Origin: Chiloscyllium plagiosum
Taxonomy: Eukaryota
DNA: 22,282 bases
Direction of reading: 5' to 3'
NCBI RefSeq assembly: GCF_004010195.1
Contig: NC_057749.1
Coordinates: 24,480,334 to 24,502,615 of the forward strand
A program made the translations under genes and the position numbers. The notes beneath the pieces are model-generated. The model did not search any database, was not told the DNA's origin, and saw only the letters and a list, made by a program, of their open reading frames with translations. Numbering within the stretch: the first letter of the stretch is position 1; every line of letters starts with the position of its first letter. Shown piece by piece: positions 18,540 through 22,282 of this stretch.

Positions 18540-19019
18540 ATGGAATTAGGGGCAAACTCTCCAATGGTTAGAGTCATATCTGGTACAGAGGAAGATGGTC
18601 GTGGTTATTGGAAGTAAGTCACCTCAGGTCCAGGACATCACTGCAGGAGTTCCTCATGGTTGGGTTGGTAGTGATGGTCAGCCAGATGGGCATCCTGATT
18701 GGGGCTGTTAAGCTGGTCCAATCTGGGAGCCCTGGCTGACAGGCATAAACAGGAGTGTCAGGAGTTCTGAGAGCTGGCTCCGAGGGAGCTGGATCAGTGT
18801 GGACTACTGTGCATGTGTAAATAAAAGGGGTCCTGGTGGCAGGATACCAGCCTCTGTGGAGTTATTTCAGTGTCTCAGGCCCAACCATCTTCAGCTGCTT
18901 CTTCAATGACCTTCCCTCCATCACAAGGTCAGAAGAGGGGATGTCCATTCATGTTCGACACCATTCGCCACTTCTCAGGTACTGAAGCAATCCGTGTTCG
19001 AATGCAGCAAGACCTGTAC
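18540..19019 (+). mobile_element. LINE RT-core fragment interrupted by a short LTR
   Basis: Decayed DITAGVP(Q)G | V.GPTIFSCFFNDLPS...EAIRVRMQQDL. Confidence 0.75.
18672..18869 (+). mobile_element. Short (about 200 bp) solo LTR-like element
   Basis: TGA...TCA ends, inverted CCAAT boxes, a TATA-like ataaac and AATAAA near 18820. It splits the [16 protein letters not shown] stretch of the LINE. The TSD is not clearly resolved. Confidence 0.6.
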
Positions 19020-19110
19020 AGAAACAGCTGGAGAAACTCAGCAGGTCTGGCAGCATCTGTGGAGAGATAGCAGAGTTATCATTTGCAAATCCGGTGAGTC
19101 TCCTACAGAA
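19020..19110 (-). mobile_element. Older Penelope-like terminal fragment
   Basis: gctggagaaactcagcaggtctggcagcatctgtggagag is related to the 14204-14250 arm. The hammerhead position is degenerate (minus strand ttctgtaggagactcaccggatttgcaaatg). Confidence 0.55.
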
Positions 19111-19394
19111 GGCATGAACTGCTAACACATCAGTCACTGATATCTGAGCTGAACACAGTGATATCTTACTGTTACCGTTTATCTTGCGTTAGGACTAGTG
19201 TAGGGAGCATCCAGGTAGTAGTTAGGATTAGAGTTGGCATTGGCATTCAGGTTAGGAGTCAGTGTTAGAGCTTAGGGATGGGGGTCAGAGTTAGTGTGTA
19301 AGGGTCGGTGTTAGCATTTAGGTCCTCCCTTTCAGAGGGAGTGAGAAATTTGCCACCTATCACTCACAACACCAACACAAGGGCATACGTGGGG

Positions 19395-19682
19395 AAGTGG
19401 AGGGGTAATGATGATGCCACTGGGCTCATAATCCAGAACCCCAGGCTAATGTTCTAGGTTCAAACCTCACCGGGGCAGATTCAGTAAAATAAAAATCTGG
19501 AATTAAAAACTAAGCTAATTGGCGATCACGCAATATTGCCAAATGTTGTTACAAAAAGAACCAGCTGGATCACTAACACTGTTGAGGGAGGGGAACTTGT
19601 TGGCCGACATGTGACTCCAGACTGAATTGCCCTCTGGGATGGGATAGGCACCAAAACACATCCTGTGATCAAATTGAAAAAG
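19395..19682 (+). mobile_element. Deu-domain SINE remnant (SacSINE1-like)
   Basis: B-box-like ggttcaaacc, aataaaaatctggaattaaaa, aaccagctggatcactaa...gagggagggaac...acatgtgactccagac...tgccctctg. Confidence 0.65.
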
Positions 19683-19924
19683 GCATCTTGTGTCACATGT
19701 GGGAATGTGAACCCTGAATGCTATTTTAATTACAATCGATTTCCATACATGCAAACGAGGAATGAGTTAGTGGAATATAAATACTGCTCCAGACCTGGTT
19801 TACATCCCTGTGGTTTAACAGGCATTCAGATTCTATTCAACTGTTAATCTGTGCATTTTTTTTTGATACAGTGTCCCAGCAAGGCTCTTTCACTACTTTT
19901 AGACTTTGTGTTTAAAAGGTGAGA

Positions 19925-21429
19925 GGAGAGTATTTGATCAGGGAATAGTATAGAGGCAGCTTTACTCTGTATCTTTAACCCCGTGCTGTCTCTGTCCTGG
20001 GAGTGTTTGATGGGGGACAGTGAAGAGGCAGCTTTACTCTGTATCTAACCCCGTGCTGTCCCTGTCCAGGGAGTGTTTGATGGGGGACAGTGTAGAGGCA
20101 GCTTTACTCTGTATCTAACCCCGTGCTGTCCCTGTCCAGGGAGTGTTTGATGGGTGACAGTGTAGAGGCAGCTTTACTCTGTATCTTTAACCCAGTGCTG
20201 TCCCTGTCCTGGGAGTGTTTGATGGGGGACAGTGCAGAGGCAGCTTTACTCTGTATTTTTAACCCCGTGCTGTCCCTGTCCAGGGAGTGTTTGATGGGGA
20301 CAGTGTAGAGGCAGCTTTACTATGTATCTAACCCCGTGCTGCCCCTGTCCTGGGAGTGTTTGATGGGGGACAGTGTAGAGGCAGCTTTACTCTGTATCTA
20401 ACCTCGTGCTGTCCCTGTCCAGGGAGAGTTTGATGGGGGACAGTGTAGAGAGAGCTTTACTCTGTATCTTTAACCCTGTGCTGTCCCTGTCCAGGGAGTG
20501 TTTGATGGGGGACAGTGTAGAGAGAGCTTTACTCTGTATCTAACCCCGTGCCGTCCCTGTCCTGGGTGTGTTTGATGGGGGGCAGTGCAGAGGCAGCTTT
20601 ACTCTGTATCTAACCCCGTGCTGTCCCTGTCCAGGGAGTGTTTGATGGGGGACAGTGTAGAGAGGCAGCTTTACTCTGTATCTAACCCCGTGCTGTCCCT
20701 GTCCTGGGTGTGTTTGATGGGGGGCAGTGTAGAGGCAGCTTTACTCTGTATCTAACCTCGTGCTGTCCCTGTCCAGGGAGTGTTTGATGGGGGACAGTGC
20801 AGAGGCAGCTTTACTCTGTATCTAACCTCATGCTGTCCCTTTCCTGGGAGTGTTTGATTGGGGGACAGTGTAGAGGCAGCTTTACTCTGTATCTAACCCC
20901 GTGCTGTCCCTTTCCTGGGAGTGTTTGATGGGGGACAGTGTAGAGGCAGCTTTACTCTGTATCTAACCTCATGCTGTCCCTGTCCAGGGAGTGTTTGATG
21001 GGGGACAGTGTAGAGGCAGCTTTACTCTGTATCTAACCTCATGCTGTCCCTGTCCAGGGAGTGTTTGATGGGGGACAGTGTAGAGGCAGCATTACACTGT
21101 ATCTAATCCTGTGCTGTCCCTTTCCTGGGAGTGTTTGATGGGGGGACAGTGTAGAGGCAGCTTTACTCTGTATCTAACCCTGCGCTGTCCCTGTCCAGGG
21201 AGTGTTTGATGGGGGACAGTGTAGAGGCAGCTTTACTCTGTATCTAACCCCGTGCTGTCCCTGTCCAGGGAGTGTTTGATGGGGGACAGTGTAGAGGCAG
21301 CTTTACTCTGTATCTAACCCCATGCTGTCCCTGTCCTGGGAGTGTTTGATGGGGACAGTGTAGAGGCAGCTTTACACTGTGTCTAACCCCATGCTGTCCC
21401 TGTCCTGGGAGTGTTTGATGGGGGGACAG
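19925..21429. repeat. 70-bp minisatellite, about 21 copies
   Basis: Unit acagtgtagaggcagctttactctgtatctaaccccgtgctgtccctgtcc(a/t)gggagtgtttgatggggg. I counted 21 gc(t/a)ttac anchors between 19959 and 21369. Confidence 0.97.
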
Positions 21430-21603
21430 GTTTAATTGAGACCTTCAGGAGCGCATTGGATGATTATTTTGTGATTGAAATAATTTGTGAGGGTGTGACA
21501 AGAAAGCAGAAGATTGACACTCAGTAATGATGCTGGTTGAAGGGCTGGTACAGGCATGATGGGCTGAATGGTCTCCTTCTGCACTCTAACACTTGGGTGA
21601 TTC
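21425..21603 (+). mobile_element. Old CR1 3' end
   Basis: caggtttaattgagaccttcaggagcgcattggatgattattt...gatgggctgaatggtctccttctgcact...gtgattct. Confidence 0.75.
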
Positions 21604-22029
21604 TCTTCTGAAGTTCACAGTTCACCTCAGTGAAACAGGAAGCATTCAAGCACTTTCTGAGCAGGCAATCGATCCAAGTAAACATGAGTAATATTTTTTA
21701 GTCAGTGCAGCCCCTACTAACAAAAATATGGAATGTAAGGCTTACTTCAAACATCCAGTAGTTTTGGTCAGAATCAAAAACTGTCATCGTCTTGGACAGT
21801 AATCTAAGGGTGACTTTAAGGAGGGAGTGTAGGAAAAAAAAATTCAGAACACCTGTCATTCCAATGAAGGCATTTCTGTGGGTAGACCATGACTGACTGT
21901 TGGAGTCATTAATATTTGCGCTGCACAGATTACAACATGATCTTCAGGGATAGAACGACATTGCTGGACGTGTCAAGAAACGGATGACACTGATTTAAGG
22001 AGATTGATGAAATAAGCTTAGGTGACTCA

Positions 22030-22282
22030 TACAGTCATAGAGATGTACACCATGGAAACAGACCCTTCAGTCCAACCCATCCATGCCGACCAGATATCCC
22101 ACCCAATCTAGTCCCACCTGCCAAGCACCCGGCCCATATCCCTCCAAACCCTTCCTATTCATATACCCATCCAAATGCCTCTTAAATGTTGCAATTGTAC
22201 CAGCCTCCACCACATCCTCTGGCAGCTCATTCCATACACGTACGACCCTCTGCATGAAAAAGTTGCCCCTTACGTCTCTTTT
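22030..22282 (-). mobile_element. CR1 3' end, continues past the window edge
   Basis: ORF 22067-22255 (QRVVRVWNELPEDVVEAGTIATFKRHLDGYMNRKG); same subfamily as 17910-18250. Confidence 0.92.

Noticed and set aside
19185..19325. Interstitial telomeric repeat
   Set aside because: Only a loose ttagg/ttagag periodicity with a single exact TTAGGG; too degenerate to call.
19925..21429. CRISPR-like array
   Set aside because: The units are contiguous near-identical 70-mers with no unique spacers, there are no cas genes, and the context is vertebrate.

Overview
This is repeat-dense vertebrate genomic DNA, inferred from its repeat families to be a cartilaginous fish, probably a shark (CR1 LINEs, HE1/V-SINE-type and Deu-domain SINEs). 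It looks intronic or intergenic, and I recognise no host protein-coding gene. Most ORFs in the track are LINE fragments, tandem-repeat read-throughs or artefacts of the N-gap at 7502-8204. The window holds many truncated CR1 copies (one carries decayed reverse transcriptase motifs at 10891-12159), other LINE remnants, tRNA-derived SINEs, three Tigger/pogo-like non-autonomous DNA elements, two solo LTRs and five minisatellites, the largest being about 21 x 70 bp at 19925-21429. The most interesting signal is a family of short Penelope-like insertions that carry minimal hammerhead ribozyme motifs and are flanked by 11-17 bp target-site duplications. One is a 132-bp unit that is little more than a ribozyme plus the element terminus. 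Also notable are several nested insertions, two CTCF motifs, an RFX X-box and several unconfirmed exon-like segments. All family names come from my recognition of the sequence, not from a database search.
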